The notes beneath the pieces are model-generated. The model had not been told where the DNA came from. It saw only the letters and a program-made list of their open reading frames with translations, and did no database searches. A stretch of DNA of 64,000 nt from an uncultured Gemmatimonadales bacterium (lineage in GTDB: Bacteria; Gemmatimonadota; Gemmatimonadetes; Gemmatimonadales; Gemmatimonadaceae), in NCBI GenBank assembly GCA_963851265.1, contig CAWKNZ010000007.1, positions 480,001 to 544,000 of the forward strand, read 5' to 3'. Both the position numbers and the translations under genes were made by a program. Within the stretch, counting starts at the first letter, position 1. Every line of letters begins with the position of its first letter. Positions 27,213 to 37,061 of the stretch are shown here, one piece after another.

Positions 27213-28879
27213 GCGCGCTCCGCATCGCCGGCGGGACGGTCTACGACCCGGCCAACGGCGTCGACGGCGAGGTACGCGACGTGTGCGTGGCCGATGGGCG
27301 CATCGTCGCGGAGGCGCCGAGCACGGCGCGCGTGGTCGACGCGCGAGGGATGGTCGTGATGCCTGGCGGGGTCGACATCCACTGCCACGTGGCGAGCGGT
27401 TCGGTCAACTTCGCGCGCCGGCTGCTGCCGGAGGAGCACGATCGCGACCCCGCGCCAGCCCCCGACCTCGCCGGCTTCGACCTCGACGCGCTCCCCCGGT
27501 CGGGTACGGGCGGCACGGTACCGAGCACGTTCACCACCGGATACCGCTACGCGGGACTCGGCTACACGACCGTGTTCGACGCCGCGGTGGCCCCGCTCGC
27601 GGCGCGCGCGTCGCACGCGCAGCTCGACGACACGCCGGTCGTCGACGGCGGGTTCTTCGTCCTGATGGGGAACGACGAGTACCTGATGCGCCAGATCGCC
27701 ACGGGGGAGCGCGAGCGCGCGCGCGAGTACGCCGCGTGGCTATTGGGCGCGGCCGGGGGCTACGCGATCAAGCTCGTCAACCCCGGCGGCGTGGAGCTGT
27801 GGAAGCGCGGCGCGCGGGAGCGCACCGACCTCGACACGCCGGTCGGCTCGACGGCCGTGACCCCGCGCGCGATCCTCGAGACGCTCGTCGACGCGTCGCA
27901 GGCGTTAGGCCTGCCGCACCCGGCGCACGTGCACTGCAACAACCTCGGCGTGCCGGGCAACGTCGACACCACGCTCGCGAGCATGCGCGCGGTGGCCGGC
28001 CGCCGCGCCCACTTCACACACCTGCAGTTCCAGAGCTACGGGCGCGCGCGCGACGGCGGCTGGCGCTCGGGCGCGCGCGAACTGATGGAGTACGTGAACG
28101 CGCACCCCGAGGTGAGCGGCGACGTGGGTCAGGTGATGTTCGGCGACGCGACTACCGTCACCGCCGACGCGCCCGTCGAATACCTGCTGTACGAGAGCAG
28201 CGGGCGGAAATGGGTCAACCACGACATCGAACTCGAGACGGGGTGCGGCATCGTGCCGTACAGCTACCGCGAGCGCGCCGCCGTCGCGGCCCTGCAGTGG
28301 GCCGTGGGGCTCGAGCTGTTCCTGCTCTCCGCCGACCCGTGGCGCGTGGTGCTCTCGACCGACCACCCCAACGGCGGGAGCTTCCTCTCGTACCCGGCGC
28401 TCATCCGGCTGCTCATGGACCGCACGTACCGCGACGAGCAGATCAAGCGCGTGAACGATCGCCTGCTCGCCGGCAGCGCGCTGGCCGACGGGCTCGCGCG
28501 CGAGTACACGCTCGGCGAGATCGCGGTCATCACGCGCGCCGGGCCCGCGCGCCTGTTAGGCTTGCGCGACAAGGGGCACCTGGGGGTCGGCGCTGACGCG
28601 GACGTGACCGTCTACACGCGCGACGCCGACATCGAGCGCATGTTCGCCACGCCGCGCACGGTGGTCAAGGCCGGTGTGGTGGTGGTCGAGGAGGGGCAGC
28701 TGCGGCGCGCGCCGTCCGGGCGGCGGCTGCACGTCCGGCCGGCGTACGACGCGACCGTCGAGCGCGACCTGAGGCGCTACTTCGAACAGTACGCGACCGT
28801 GTCGTTCGAGAACTACCCCGTGCGTGGGCTCCGCGACGCGCCGAGGGCCGTGGGCCACACCTCGGCGCGTAGGGGCTGA
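27209..28879 (+). CDS. fhcA: Formyltransferase/hydrolase complex subunit A
   Basis: PGGVDIHCH, GYRYAGLGYTT, KLVNPGG, HVHCNNLG, STDHPNGG. Confidence 0.96.
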   Translation: MSALRIAGGTVYDPANGVDGEVRDVCVADGRIVAEAPSTARVVDARGMVVMPGGVDIHCHVASGSVNFARRLLPEEHDRDPAPAPDLAGFDLDALPRSGTGGTVPSTFTTGYRYAGLGYTTVFDAAVAPLAARASHAQLDDTPVVDGGFFVLMGNDEYLMRQIATGERERAREYAAWLLGAAGGYAIKLVNPGGVELWKRGARERTDLDTPVGSTAVTPRAILETLVDASQALGLPHPAHVHCNNLGVPGNVDTTLASMRAVAGRRAHFTHLQFQSYGRARDGGWRSGARELMEYVNAHPEVSGDVGQVMFGDATTVTADAPVEYLLYESSGRKWVNHDIELETGCGIVPYSYRERAAVAALQWAVGLELFLLSADPWRVVLSTDHPNGGSFLSYPALIRLLMDRTYRDEQIKRVNDRLLAGSALADGLAREYTLGEIAVITRAGPARLLGLRDKGHLGVGADADVTVYTRDADIERMFATPRTVVKAGVVVVEEGQLRRAPSGRRLHVRPAYDATVERDLRRYFEQYATVSFENYPVRGLRDAPRAVGHTSARRG

Positions 28880-28880
28880 G

Positions 28881-29840
28881 GTGGAATTCCACGGCGTCCG
28901 GATCGAGGACACCTTCGCCGAGGCGTTCGGCATGCGCGCCGCGCGCATCGTGATCACGGCGAAGAGCCTGCGCTGGGCGCGCGAGGCCGCGTCGAAGCTG
29001 ACGGGGTTCGCGACGTCGGTGATCGCCTGCAAGTGCGAGGCGGCGGTCGAGCGCGAACTCGGCCCGGCCGAGACGCCGGACGCGCGCCCCGGCGTGAGCG
29101 TGCTGCTCTTCACGATGGACGCTGACAGCCTCGGCAAGCGCCTGGTCGAGCGGCTGGGGCAGACGGTGCTCACCTGCCCGACGACCAGTTGCTTCGACGG
29201 CCTGCCCGGCGCGGCGGCGCGCGTGCCTTCGGCGCGAGCGCTCCGCGTGTTCGGCGACCGCTTCCAGATCAGCAAGGTGTTGGGCGGGGAGCGGTACTGG
29301 CGCATCCCGGTGATGGAAGGCGAGTTCCTCGTGCAGGAGAACTTCGGCGTGCAGAAGGGCGTCGGCGGGGGCAACTTCCTCATCCTCGCGGAGGACGCGG
29401 ACCACGCGCTGGAGGCGGCCGAGGCGGCGGTCGACGCGATCGCGGGCACGCCCGGGGTGATCCTGCCGTTCCCGGGCGGCGTGGTGCGCAGCGGGAGCAA
29501 GGTGGGCGCGCGAGGCTACAGCGGGATGATCGCCTCGACCAACGACGCGTACTGTCCGACCATCCGGCCGATCACGCGGTCGGCGCTGCCCGACGGCGTG
29601 AACGCGGTGCTCGAACTCGTGCTGGACGGGCTCGACTACGCGTCGATCTGCCGCGCGATGCGGACCGGGATCGAGGCCGCATGCCGCCCCGGCGTGGTCG
29701 CGATCACCGCCGGCAATTACGGTGGCAAGCTCGGGCCGCACCACTTTCACCTGCACCGCATCCTGGCAGGCGACGACACGCCGGTGCCGCGCGCGCCGGC
29801 CCCGCCGACGCCCAGCGGCCCGGCCGCCGAGGCGCGATGA
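28881..29840 (+). CDS. fhcD: Formylmethanofuran--H4MPT formyltransferase (Ftr)
   Basis: IEDTFAEAF, TGFATSVI, ETPDARPG, PFPGGVVRSGSKVG, AGNYGGKLG. Confidence 0.96.
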   Translation: MEFHGVRIEDTFAEAFGMRAARIVITAKSLRWAREAASKLTGFATSVIACKCEAAVERELGPAETPDARPGVSVLLFTMDADSLGKRLVERLGQTVLTCPTTSCFDGLPGAAARVPSARALRVFGDRFQISKVLGGERYWRIPVMEGEFLVQENFGVQKGVGGGNFLILAEDADHALEAAEAAVDAIAGTPGVILPFPGGVVRSGSKVGARGYSGMIASTNDAYCPTIRPITRSALPDGVNAVLELVLDGLDYASICRAMRTGIEAACRPGVVAITAGNYGGKLGPHHFHLHRILAGDDTPVPRAPAPPTPSGPAAEAR

Positions 29841-30661
29841 GCGACGTCGTCGTGCTCACGCTGCGCTCGGCGCCTGACGGCCCGCTCGACCTCGACGGTG
29901 CCGTCGCGCCGGACCGCTTCGCGGCGTTGGGCGCGGGCGAGATCGCCGGGCTGCCCGTGTGGGCCGGCGCGCGCACCGCCCGCCTCGGCGACTTCTTCGA
30001 CGTCGACGGTGGGTACGCGGCCCGCGTGCGCGTGGCCGGCGCGAGCGCGCTGCTCGACGGGCTCGGCGCCGGGATGACCGGAGGGGAACTCGTCGTGGAC
30101 GGCGACGCAGGGCGGCGCGCGGGGGCCGGGATGGCGGGCGGCACCCTGCGCGTGCTCGGCAACGTGGGCGACGACGCGGGAACGGCGATGGCCGGGGGGG
30201 CGCTCCGCGTCGACGGTCGCGCGGGCCACCGTCTCGGCGCCGCGGCGCCGGGCGCGGCGAAGGGGATGACCGGAGGCGAGATCGTCGTGGCGGGACACGC
30301 GGGCGACGAGGCCGGCGCGCGCGCGCGGCGCGGGCTGATCGCGGTCGGCGGCGACGTCGGTGCGCGCGGCGCGCGGGCGATGATCGCGGGCTCGCTCGTC
30401 GTGCTCGGCCGCGCGGGCGAGTCGACCGGCGTCGGGAGCAAGCGCGGGTCGGTGATCGCCGTCGGCGGCGCGGACGTCCCGGCGACGTACCGGTACGCGT
30501 GCACGTACGAGCCGCCGCACGTCCGCCTCACGTTGACCTACCTCCGCCGGCGATACGGCCTCACCGTCGACGACGGTGCGGTCGCGGGCCGCTACCGGCG
30601 CTACTGCGGCGACGCGGGCGAGCCGGGCCGGGGCGAGATCTTGACGCTGGTGACCGAATGA
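29837..30661 (+). CDS. fhcC: Formyltransferase/hydrolase complex subunit C
   Basis: GXGXG beta-helix repeats (GAGMTGG, GMAGG, GMTGGEI), LGDFFDV, GRGEIL. Confidence 0.93.
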   Translation: MSDVVVLTLRSAPDGPLDLDGAVAPDRFAALGAGEIAGLPVWAGARTARLGDFFDVDGGYAARVRVAGASALLDGLGAGMTGGELVVDGDAGRRAGAGMAGGTLRVLGNVGDDAGTAMAGGALRVDGRAGHRLGAAAPGAAKGMTGGEIVVAGHAGDEAGARARRGLIAVGGDVGARGARAMIAGSLVVLGRAGESTGVGSKRGSVIAVGGADVPATYRYACTYEPPHVRLTLTYLRRRYGLTVDDGAVAGRYRRYCGDAGEPGRGEILTLVTE

Positions 30662-31647
30662 CCGACCCGACGGCCGCCGCCGACTTCGGCCTCAACGCCC
30701 GCGCGTGGGCCCTCGCCGACGACATGGTCGCGCGCGCCGCCGAGCTGCGCGTCGCGGCGCGTACGTTGGGCAACGGCGCGCGCGTGATCGACGCCGGCGT
30801 GAACGCGCCGGGCGGGCTCGCGGCGGGACTGCGATTGGCCGAGCTGTGCATGGGCGGGCTCGGCCACGTCGACTTCGCGCCGCTCGCGTTCGGCGGCGAG
30901 ACGTGGCCCGGGGTGCACGTCTGGACCGACCACCCGGCCGTGAGCTGCATGGCCGCGCAGTACGCGGGGTGGGCGGTCGAGCAGAGCGGGTACTTCGCGA
31001 TGGGCTCGGGGCCGCTGCGGGCGCATGCGCGCGTCGAGCGCGCGCTCTATGCCAAGCTCGGGTACGCCGAGCGGGCGGAGCGCGGGGTCCTCGTCCTCGA
31101 GACGCGCACGCTGCCGACCGAGGCTGTCGCCGAGTTGGTCGCGGCCAAGGCCGGGCTGCCGGCGTCGGCGTTGACGTTCGCGGTGGCGGCCACGGCCAGC
31201 GTGGCGGGGGGCGTGCAGGTGGTCGCGCGCGTGCTCGAGACCGGGCTGCACAAGATGGACGCGTTAGGCTTCGACGTGAGGCGCGTCGCGGGCGCGAGCG
31301 GTACGGCGCCGGTCCCGCCGCCGGCGAAGAACGACCTGCGCGCGATCGGGCGCACCAACGACTGCGTGCTCTATGGCGGCCAGGCGCGCTACCTGGTGCG
31401 CGCGGAAGACGACGAGCTGGCCGCGCTCGCGGAGCGGCTGCCCGCGTCGGCGTCGGGCGACTACGGGACGCCGTTCTACGAAACGTTCGAACGGGCGGGG
31501 CGTGATTTCTACAAGATCGACCCGCTGCTCTTCAGCCCCGCCGAGGTGTGGCTGACGAGTGCGACGAGCGGGCGGACGTTCCACGCCGGGCGGCTCGACG
31601 CGGGCGTGCTGCGCGCGTCGCTCTACGGCGCGCCCGGCGCGGGCTGA
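30658..31647 (+). CDS. mch: Methenyl-H4MPT cyclohydrolase
   Basis: IDAGV, CMGGLG, QYAGW, MGSGP, RVLETGLHK, GRTND, FYKIDPLLFSPA. Confidence 0.96.
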   Translation: MTDPTAAADFGLNARAWALADDMVARAAELRVAARTLGNGARVIDAGVNAPGGLAAGLRLAELCMGGLGHVDFAPLAFGGETWPGVHVWTDHPAVSCMAAQYAGWAVEQSGYFAMGSGPLRAHARVERALYAKLGYAERAERGVLVLETRTLPTEAVAELVAAKAGLPASALTFAVAATASVAGGVQVVARVLETGLHKMDALGFDVRRVAGASGTAPVPPPAKNDLRAIGRTNDCVLYGGQARYLVRAEDDELAALAERLPASASGDYGTPFYETFERAGRDFYKIDPLLFSPAEVWLTSATSGRTFHAGRLDAGVLRASLYGAPGAG

Positions 31648-31652
31648 GCGCG

Positions 31653-32570
31653 GTGCACGTCCCGATCCTCTCGGCGCGCACCGGGTGGCACACCGACGAG
31701 CTGCTGCGCGCGTTGCGCGAGCGCGGCCACGGCGGGCGCGTGGTGCCGTACGAGGCGCTCACCGCGCGGCTCGGGACGGCGCGCGGAGTGGCCGACGGCC
31801 TCGCGGCGGGCGGGGCGGCGCTCGACCGGGCCGACGCGGTGCTCGCGCGCATCATCCCCAACGGGTCGCTCGAGCAGATCATCTACCGCGTCGACGCTCT
31901 TCACTGGCTCGAGGCGCGCGGCGTGCGCGTCGTGAACTCGCCGCGCTGCATCGAGCGGTGCGTCGACAAGTTCTACACGTCGGCCCTGCTGCAGGAGGCG
32001 GGGCTGCCCACGCCCGAGACGGTGGTGTGCGAGCAGATGGACGCGGCGATGGAGGCGGTGCGCGCGATGGGCGACGTCGTGATCAAGCCGATCTTCGGCT
32101 CGATGGGGCACGGCATGGTGCGCGTGAGCGACCCCGACACGGCGTTCCGCGTGCTGCGCGCGCTGGACGCGGTGCGGGCGGTGTTTTACGTCCAGCGTGT
32201 GGTGGAGCACGGCGGCCGCGACGTGCGCGCGTTCGTCGTCGGCGGCCGCGTGCTCGGCGCGATCGAGCGAGAGGCGCCCGCGGGCGAGTGGCGGACCAAC
32301 GTGTCGCGCGGCGGTGCAGCGCGGGCGATCGCGCTGCCGGCGGCGTGGGAGGCGCTCGCGTTGGGCGCGGCGCGGGCGGTCGGGGCGGACTACGCCGGGG
32401 TGGACCTGATCGCCGCGCCCGGCGGCACCACGTACGTCCTCGAGGTGAACGGCATCCCGGGCTGGGAGGGACTGCAGGGCGCGACGGGGCTCGACGTGGC
32501 GGGAGCGATCGTGGACCACGTGCTGACGGCGGCGCCGGCGTCGACCCTGGCGGCCGTGCCGGGCGCGTGA
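31653..32570 (+). CDS. RimK-family ATP-grasp glutamate ligase, Orf5 (MyfA)-like
   Basis: GSLEQI, IERCVDK, KPIFGSMG.G, WRTNV, YAGVD, LEVNGIPGW; follows mch. Confidence 0.88.
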   Translation: MHVPILSARTGWHTDELLRALRERGHGGRVVPYEALTARLGTARGVADGLAAGGAALDRADAVLARIIPNGSLEQIIYRVDALHWLEARGVRVVNSPRCIERCVDKFYTSALLQEAGLPTPETVVCEQMDAAMEAVRAMGDVVIKPIFGSMGHGMVRVSDPDTAFRVLRALDAVRAVFYVQRVVEHGGRDVRAFVVGGRVLGAIEREAPAGEWRTNVSRGGAARAIALPAAWEALALGAARAVGADYAGVDLIAAPGGTTYVLEVNGIPGWEGLQGATGLDVAGAIVDHVLTAAPASTLAAVPGA

Positions 32571-33448
32571 CCGCGCCCGCCGAGGTCGCGACGGCGGCGC
32601 AGCTCGCCTGCCTGCTCGAGGCGAGCGCGCCGAAGCCGGGGAACGTGTCGCCCGGGCGTCACTTCCGCGACGCGCGTTACGAGGACTTCCTCGCGAGCGC
32701 CGCGGCGGTCGGCCCCGCGCTCGCGCTGGCCGGCGCGCGCCCGCTCGGCGAGACGGTGCGCGACGCGATCGAGGCGACCGCGCGGTGGACCCGCTCCAAC
32801 ACCAATCTGGGCATCGTCCTTCTCCTCGCGCCGCTCGCGCGCGCGGCCGCGTTAGGCGAGCGCGGCGACCTCCGTGCGCGCGTCGCCGGCGTGCTCGCCG
32901 CGCTCACGGTGCGGGACGCGGCCGATGTCTACGCGGCCATCCGGCTCGCCGCGCCCGGCGGTCTCGGCCGCGCGGGCGAGCAGGACGTGGCCGACGCGCC
33001 GACAGTGACACTGCTCGACGCGATGCGCCTCGCGGCCGACCGCGACGGCGTCGCGCGCGAGTACGCGACCGAGTTCTCGACTACCTTCGAGCGCGGCGCG
33101 CCGGCGCTCGCCCGGGCGCGCGCCGATGGCCTCGGATGGGACGACGCGGTCGTCGAGACGTACCTGACGCTCCTCGCGGCCGCGCCCGACACGCACATCG
33201 CGCGACGGGCGGGGGACGCGCGGGCGCGCGCGGTGAGCGCCGAGGCCGGTACGGTACTGGCCGCGGGGGGCGTCCGCGCCTCGGCGGGGCGCGACGCGGT
33301 CGCGCGTTTCGACGCCGCGCTCCGCGACGCGCGCAACGTCGCGAATCCCGGGACCACGGCCGACCTCACCGCGGCCGCGATCTTCGTCGTCCTGCTCGGC
33401 GGCGGGTGGCACATGACCTACGGAGACACGGATGCAACAGCGCGGTGA
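32567..33448 (+). CDS. CitG-like triphosphoribosyl transferase (Orf7)
   Basis: LEASAPKPGNV, NTNLGIVLL, DTHIAR, NPGTTADL. Confidence 0.9.
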   Translation: MTAPAEVATAAQLACLLEASAPKPGNVSPGRHFRDARYEDFLASAAAVGPALALAGARPLGETVRDAIEATARWTRSNTNLGIVLLLAPLARAAALGERGDLRARVAGVLAALTVRDAADVYAAIRLAAPGGLGRAGEQDVADAPTVTLLDAMRLAADRDGVAREYATEFSTTFERGAPALARARADGLGWDDAVVETYLTLLAAAPDTHIARRAGDARARAVSAEAGTVLAAGGVRASAGRDAVARFDAALRDARNVANPGTTADLTAAAIFVVLLGGGWHMTYGDTDATAR

Positions 33449-33935
33449 GTTCCGCGTGCGGGTGACGAAGGACTACCTCGTGTTCGCGTCGGCGCACTTC
33501 ATCACGTTCGCGGGGCACCGGTGCGAATCGCTGCACGGCCACAACTACCGCGTCGGCGTCGTCGTCGAGGGCGCGCTCGACCCCGAGAGCTGGTACGTGC
33601 TGGACTTCGGCGTGCTGAAGGGGATCATGCGCCAACTCTGCGACGCCATCGACCACAAGGTGCTGCTGCCGACCACCAACCCGAAGATCGGCGTAGCCGA
33701 ACAGGGGGAGTTCGTGCACGTGACCTACGAGGGGCGGCCGCGCTACGTGTTTCCGACGGCGGACTGCGCGCTGCTCCCTGTGCCGAACACGACCGTCGAG
33801 ATGCTGGCGGAGATGTTGGCCGGAGAACTACGCGACGCGCTGGCCGACGTCGGCGCGGCCGGGCTGGCCGCGGTCGAGGTCGAGGTGGAGGAGAACTTCG
33901 GCCAGTCGGCGACGTGCCGTATGCGGGTCGCGTGA
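33432..33935 (+). CDS. 6-pyruvoyl-tetrahydropterin synthase (QueD/PTPS) family protein
   Basis: FASAHF, CESLHGHNY, LDF, IDH, NTTVEMLA, EENFGQ. Confidence 0.9.
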   Translation: MQQRGEFRVRVTKDYLVFASAHFITFAGHRCESLHGHNYRVGVVVEGALDPESWYVLDFGVLKGIMRQLCDAIDHKVLLPTTNPKIGVAEQGEFVHVTYEGRPRYVFPTADCALLPVPNTTVEMLAEMLAGELRDALADVGAAGLAAVEVEVEENFGQSATCRMRVA

Positions 33936-33972
33936 GTCGGCCGCGGCGGAAAGGGGCCGGGCGGCTCGGCGC

Positions 33973-34001
33973 TTGACACCCGCCCCGTGCGGGCCTATTC
34001 G
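33973..34001 (+). promoter_or_regulatory. Possible sigma70 promoter for the proC leader
   Basis: TTGACA (33973-33978), 17-nt spacer, TATTCG (imperfect -10). Confidence 0.45.
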
Positions 34002-34163
34002 TCCCTCCCATGTCGCTCCGCGCGCTCCCCACTCGCCCGGCCTTCGGGCCGCGACCGCGACCGTCGTCGACGGACCCACGACGCCGGACGACCGTCGCGC
34101 ACGCCCGCAGCTTCACCGGGTAGCGCCCGAGCGCGCCAGAGCCGCCTAACGCGCGGCCGACTG

Positions 34164-34201
34164 TCGCCCCGTCCGTGCCAACGCGCCGGACGGGGCGATT
34201 T
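34164..34201 (+). terminator. Terminator-like hairpin in the proC leader
   Basis: Perfect 12-bp stem TCGCCCCGTCCG / CGGACGGGGCGA, 11-nt loop, followed by TTT. Confidence 0.55.
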
Positions 34202-34248
34202 CGCGTTCCGTCCGGCGCCCGCCCCCAAACGCCCGAGGACCGGATCCG

Positions 34249-35166
34249 ATGTCACACGCCACCCTCCTCGCCGACCGCGCGCCCGCCGCGCCCGCGCTCG
34301 GCTCCACCCACGCGGCCGATGACGCCGGCGTCGCCGTGCTGGCCGGCCGCCGCATCGCGCTGATCGGCGCGGGTACGATGGGCAACGCGATCGCGCTCGG
34401 CCTCGCGCGCGCGGGCGCGTTCCCGGCGGCCGAGCTGCGCGTCGTGAACCGGCACGCCCCCGCGGCGGACGCCCTCGCGGCACAGATCCCGGGCGCGCGC
34501 ACCGCGGACGCGGCGTCGGCGTGCGCCGATGCCGACATCGTGCTGTTGTGCGTCAAACCCCGCGACGTGGCGGGGGTGCTCTCCACGCTGGACACGGCCG
34601 GCGTGCTCGCACGCGACGCGCGCGAGGCGCCGCTGTTCATCTCGATCGCGGCGGGCGTGTCGACGGCGGCCATCGAGGCGGGAACGGGCGGGCTGGTGCC
34701 GGTCGTGCGCGCGATGCCGAACACGGCGAGCGCGATCGGCAAGGGGTGCACGGTGGTGGCGGCGGGGGCGCAGGCCACCGCGGAGCACGTCGCCGCGGCG
34801 ACGGCGATCTTCGCGTGCGTCGGCCGCTGCATGACGCTCGACGAGCGCCACCTCGACGCGGTGACGGCAGTATCGGCGAGCGGCCCGGCGTTCATCTACG
34901 TGGTGCTCGAGGCGCTCACCGACGGCGCGGTGTCGTGCGGGCTGCCGCGCGCGGCGGCGACCGAGCTCGTCGCGCGGATGACGCTCGGCGCGGCGGAGAT
35001 GGTGCTCGCGACGGGGCGCCACCCGGCCGCGCTCAAGGACGACGTGACGACGCCCGGCGGGTGCACGATCGCCGGGCTGCTGGTGTTGGAGGACGGACGC
35101 GCGCGGTCGGTGCTGGCGCGTACGATCGAGACCACGACGCGGGTGGCCGCGGCGCTGAGCCGCTGA
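34249..35166 (+). CDS. proC: Pyrroline-5-carboxylate reductase
   Basis: IGAGTMG, CVKP, SIAAGV, RAMPNT, SASGPAF, LKDDVTTPGGCTIAGL. Confidence 0.94.
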   Translation: MSHATLLADRAPAAPALGSTHAADDAGVAVLAGRRIALIGAGTMGNAIALGLARAGAFPAAELRVVNRHAPAADALAAQIPGARTADAASACADADIVLLCVKPRDVAGVLSTLDTAGVLARDAREAPLFISIAAGVSTAAIEAGTGGLVPVVRAMPNTASAIGKGCTVVAAGAQATAEHVAAATAIFACVGRCMTLDERHLDAVTAVSASGPAFIYVVLEALTDGAVSCGLPRAAATELVARMTLGAAEMVLATGRHPAALKDDVTTPGGCTIAGLLVLEDGRARSVLARTIETTTRVAAALSR

Positions 35167-35208
35167 GCCGTCGGCCGACGGCCGACGGCGGCGCGGCGCG
35201 ACGCGACG

Positions 35209-35967
35209 CTACCGCGGCCGCTGGGCCGCGGCCACGTCGCGGGGGCCCACACGCCCGTCATGCAGCGCGGAGGCGACGAGCGCGGCGTCACACCCTGCGT
35301 CGGCGAGCCGCGCGATGTCGTCGGGCCCGCGCACGCCGCCGCCGGCCAGCAAGCGCACGTCGGCCGCGGCACGCCGCACGTTCCGGACGAGCGCGAGGTC
35401 GACGCCCTCGCCGCTTCCGACGCGGGCCAGGTCGATGACGATCACCGCGCCCACGCCCGACTCCGCCGCCCAGGCCGCGAGCGCGGCCGGCGTGGCCGCC
35501 GCGGGCGCGAGCCGCGCGGCGAACGCGGGCGCGAGCATCGGCACCCCCGCGCGCAGGTCGAGGCTGAACGCGACGCGCTCCGCGCCGACGGCGGCGCAGA
35601 TGGCCGACAGCGCGCCCGGCCCGCGCAGCGTCTCCAGCCCCACCACCACGTGCGCCGCGCCGGTCGCCCGCGCCGCTTGGGCGGCGGCCGCGTCGGCCAC
35701 CCCGGCGTCGAGCCAGAGTGGAAGGCCGAGCGCGGCCAACTCGCCCCAGAGCGCATGCTGCGCCTCGCCACCCTCGATCGCGTCGAGATCGGCCGCGTAC
35801 AGTTCGCGCACGCCGAGCACGTCGCGGTATGTTCGGGCGAGGGCGAGGGCGTCGCCGTCGATGCGCGAGCCCGCGGCCGCGGCGACCGGCGCGTACGCCG
35901 CACGCACGCCGCGCCGCGCGTGCACCGCGCGGCCGCCGCGCAGGTCGAGCACGCCGATCACACGCAT
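35209..35967 (-). CDS. HisA/HisF-related TIM-barrel protein (Orf17 of H4MPT clusters)
   Basis: MRVIGVLDLRGGRAVHA, YAADLDAI, LWLDAG, DLARVGS, GGGVRG, ASALHDG. Confidence 0.88.
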   Translation of the reverse strand: MRVIGVLDLRGGRAVHARRGVRAAYAPVAAAAGSRIDGDALALARTYRDVLGVRELYAADLDAIEGGEAQHALWGELAALGLPLWLDAGVADAAAAQAARATGAAHVVVGLETLRGPGALSAICAAVGAERVAFSLDLRAGVPMLAPAFAARLAPAAATPAALAAWAAESGVGAVIVIDLARVGSGEGVDLALVRNVRRAAADVRLLAGGGVRGPDDIARLADAGCDAALVASALHDGRVGPRDVAAAQRPR

Positions 35968-36011
35968 GAAAGGAGGACGGGTGGCACGTGTGGGACGGTG
36001 GCTGGTGACGA

Positions 36012-37061
36012 GTGACGCCGCCTAACGCAGGCAATGCATCGCCCGCGCCACCGCGCGGGGTGGTAGGGTGGGACGTGGGCGGGGTGAACACGAAAGTCGC
36101 GCGCGTGGCGGGCGGGCGCGTGCTCGCCGCCCACGTCCGCCCTTACGAACTGCAGCGGGCCCCCGCGGCCCTCGGCGACGTGTTGCGCGCACTCGCCGCG
36201 GCCGCGGGCGCCCGCGACGACGACCGGCACGCGGTGACGATGACGGCCGAGCTGTCCCAGATGTTTCGGCGAAAGCGGGACGGCGTCGAGTTCGTGCTCG
36301 ACGCGGTCACGGCCGCGCTCCCCGCCGCGGCCATCCGCGTCTACACCGTGGACGGCCGCTTCGTGTCGCCGGACGCGGCGCGCGCCGAGCCGCTCGCCGT
36401 GGCCGCCTCGAACTGGGCCGCGACGGCGCGCCTCGTCGCCCAACGCCACCCCGACGCGCTCCTGCTCGACACGGGCACGACCACGACCGACGTGGTCCCG
36501 ATCGTCGGCGGCGCGCTCGCCGCGGTCGGTCGCACCGACCCCGAGCGGCTCGCGAGTGGGGAGCTGGTCTACACCGGCGCCGTCCGCACCCCCACCGAAG
36601 CGATCGCCACCCACGTCCCGCTCGGCGACGACGTCGCCGGGGTCTCGGCAGAGGGGTTCGCGCTCGCGGGCGACGTGCACGTCTGGCGCGGCGACCTCGC
36701 GCCCGAGGACTACAGCGTGCCCCCGCCCGACGGGCGCCCGACCTCGCGCGAGTTCGCCGGCGAACGGCTGGCCCGGGTCGTGTGCGCGGACCGCGAGATG
36801 CTCGACGACGCGGCCGTGTGGGCGATCGCGGAAGCCCTCGCCGCGGCGCAGGCGGCGCAGATCGTAGGCGCGATCCGTCGCGTGCGCGCGCGCCACCCAT
36901 CGCTGCGTCGCGCCGTGGTCACGGGTCTGGGCGCGTTCGTCGCCGCGCGCGCCGCGCGCGAAGCGGGGCTCGACGTGGTACCGCTCGCCGACTCGCTCGG
37001 CGCCGACGCGGCGCGTTGCGCACCGGCGGCCGCGGTGGCGCTGCTGCTCGCCGGCGCGTGA
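36012..37061 (+). CDS. Hydantoinase A-like protein, MfnF/Orf9-like
   Basis: GWDVGGVNTK, VTMTAELS, ASNW, DTGTTTTD, GELVYTG..RTP. Confidence 0.87.
   Translation: MTPPNAGNASPAPPRGVVGWDVGGVNTKVARVAGGRVLAAHVRPYELQRAPAALGDVLRALAAAAGARDDDRHAVTMTAELSQMFRRKRDGVEFVLDAVTAALPAAAIRVYTVDGRFVSPDAARAEPLAVAASNWAATARLVAQRHPDALLLDTGTTTTDVVPIVGGALAAVGRTDPERLASGELVYTGAVRTPTEAIATHVPLGDDVAGVSAEGFALAGDVHVWRGDLAPEDYSVPPPDGRPTSREFAGERLARVVCADREMLDDAAVWAIAEALAAAQAAQIVGAIRRVRARHPSLRRAVVTGLGAFVAARAAREAGLDVVPLADSLGADAARCAPAAAVALLLAGA

Noticed and set aside
25779..30661. Methanogen-type formylmethanofuran dehydrogenase or methanogenesis
   Set aside because: No Mo/W-ligand Cys in subunit B, no fwdD/F/G and no mcr/mtr; the BADC order matches bacterial Fhc
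32567..33448. citG of a citrate lyase or malonate decarboxylase operon
   Set aside because: No cit/mdc genes; the position after mch-orf5 identifies it as Orf7
35209..35967. hisA of histidine biosynthesis
   Set aside because: Motifs and context match the HisA-like Orf17 of H4MPT clusters; no other his genes nearby
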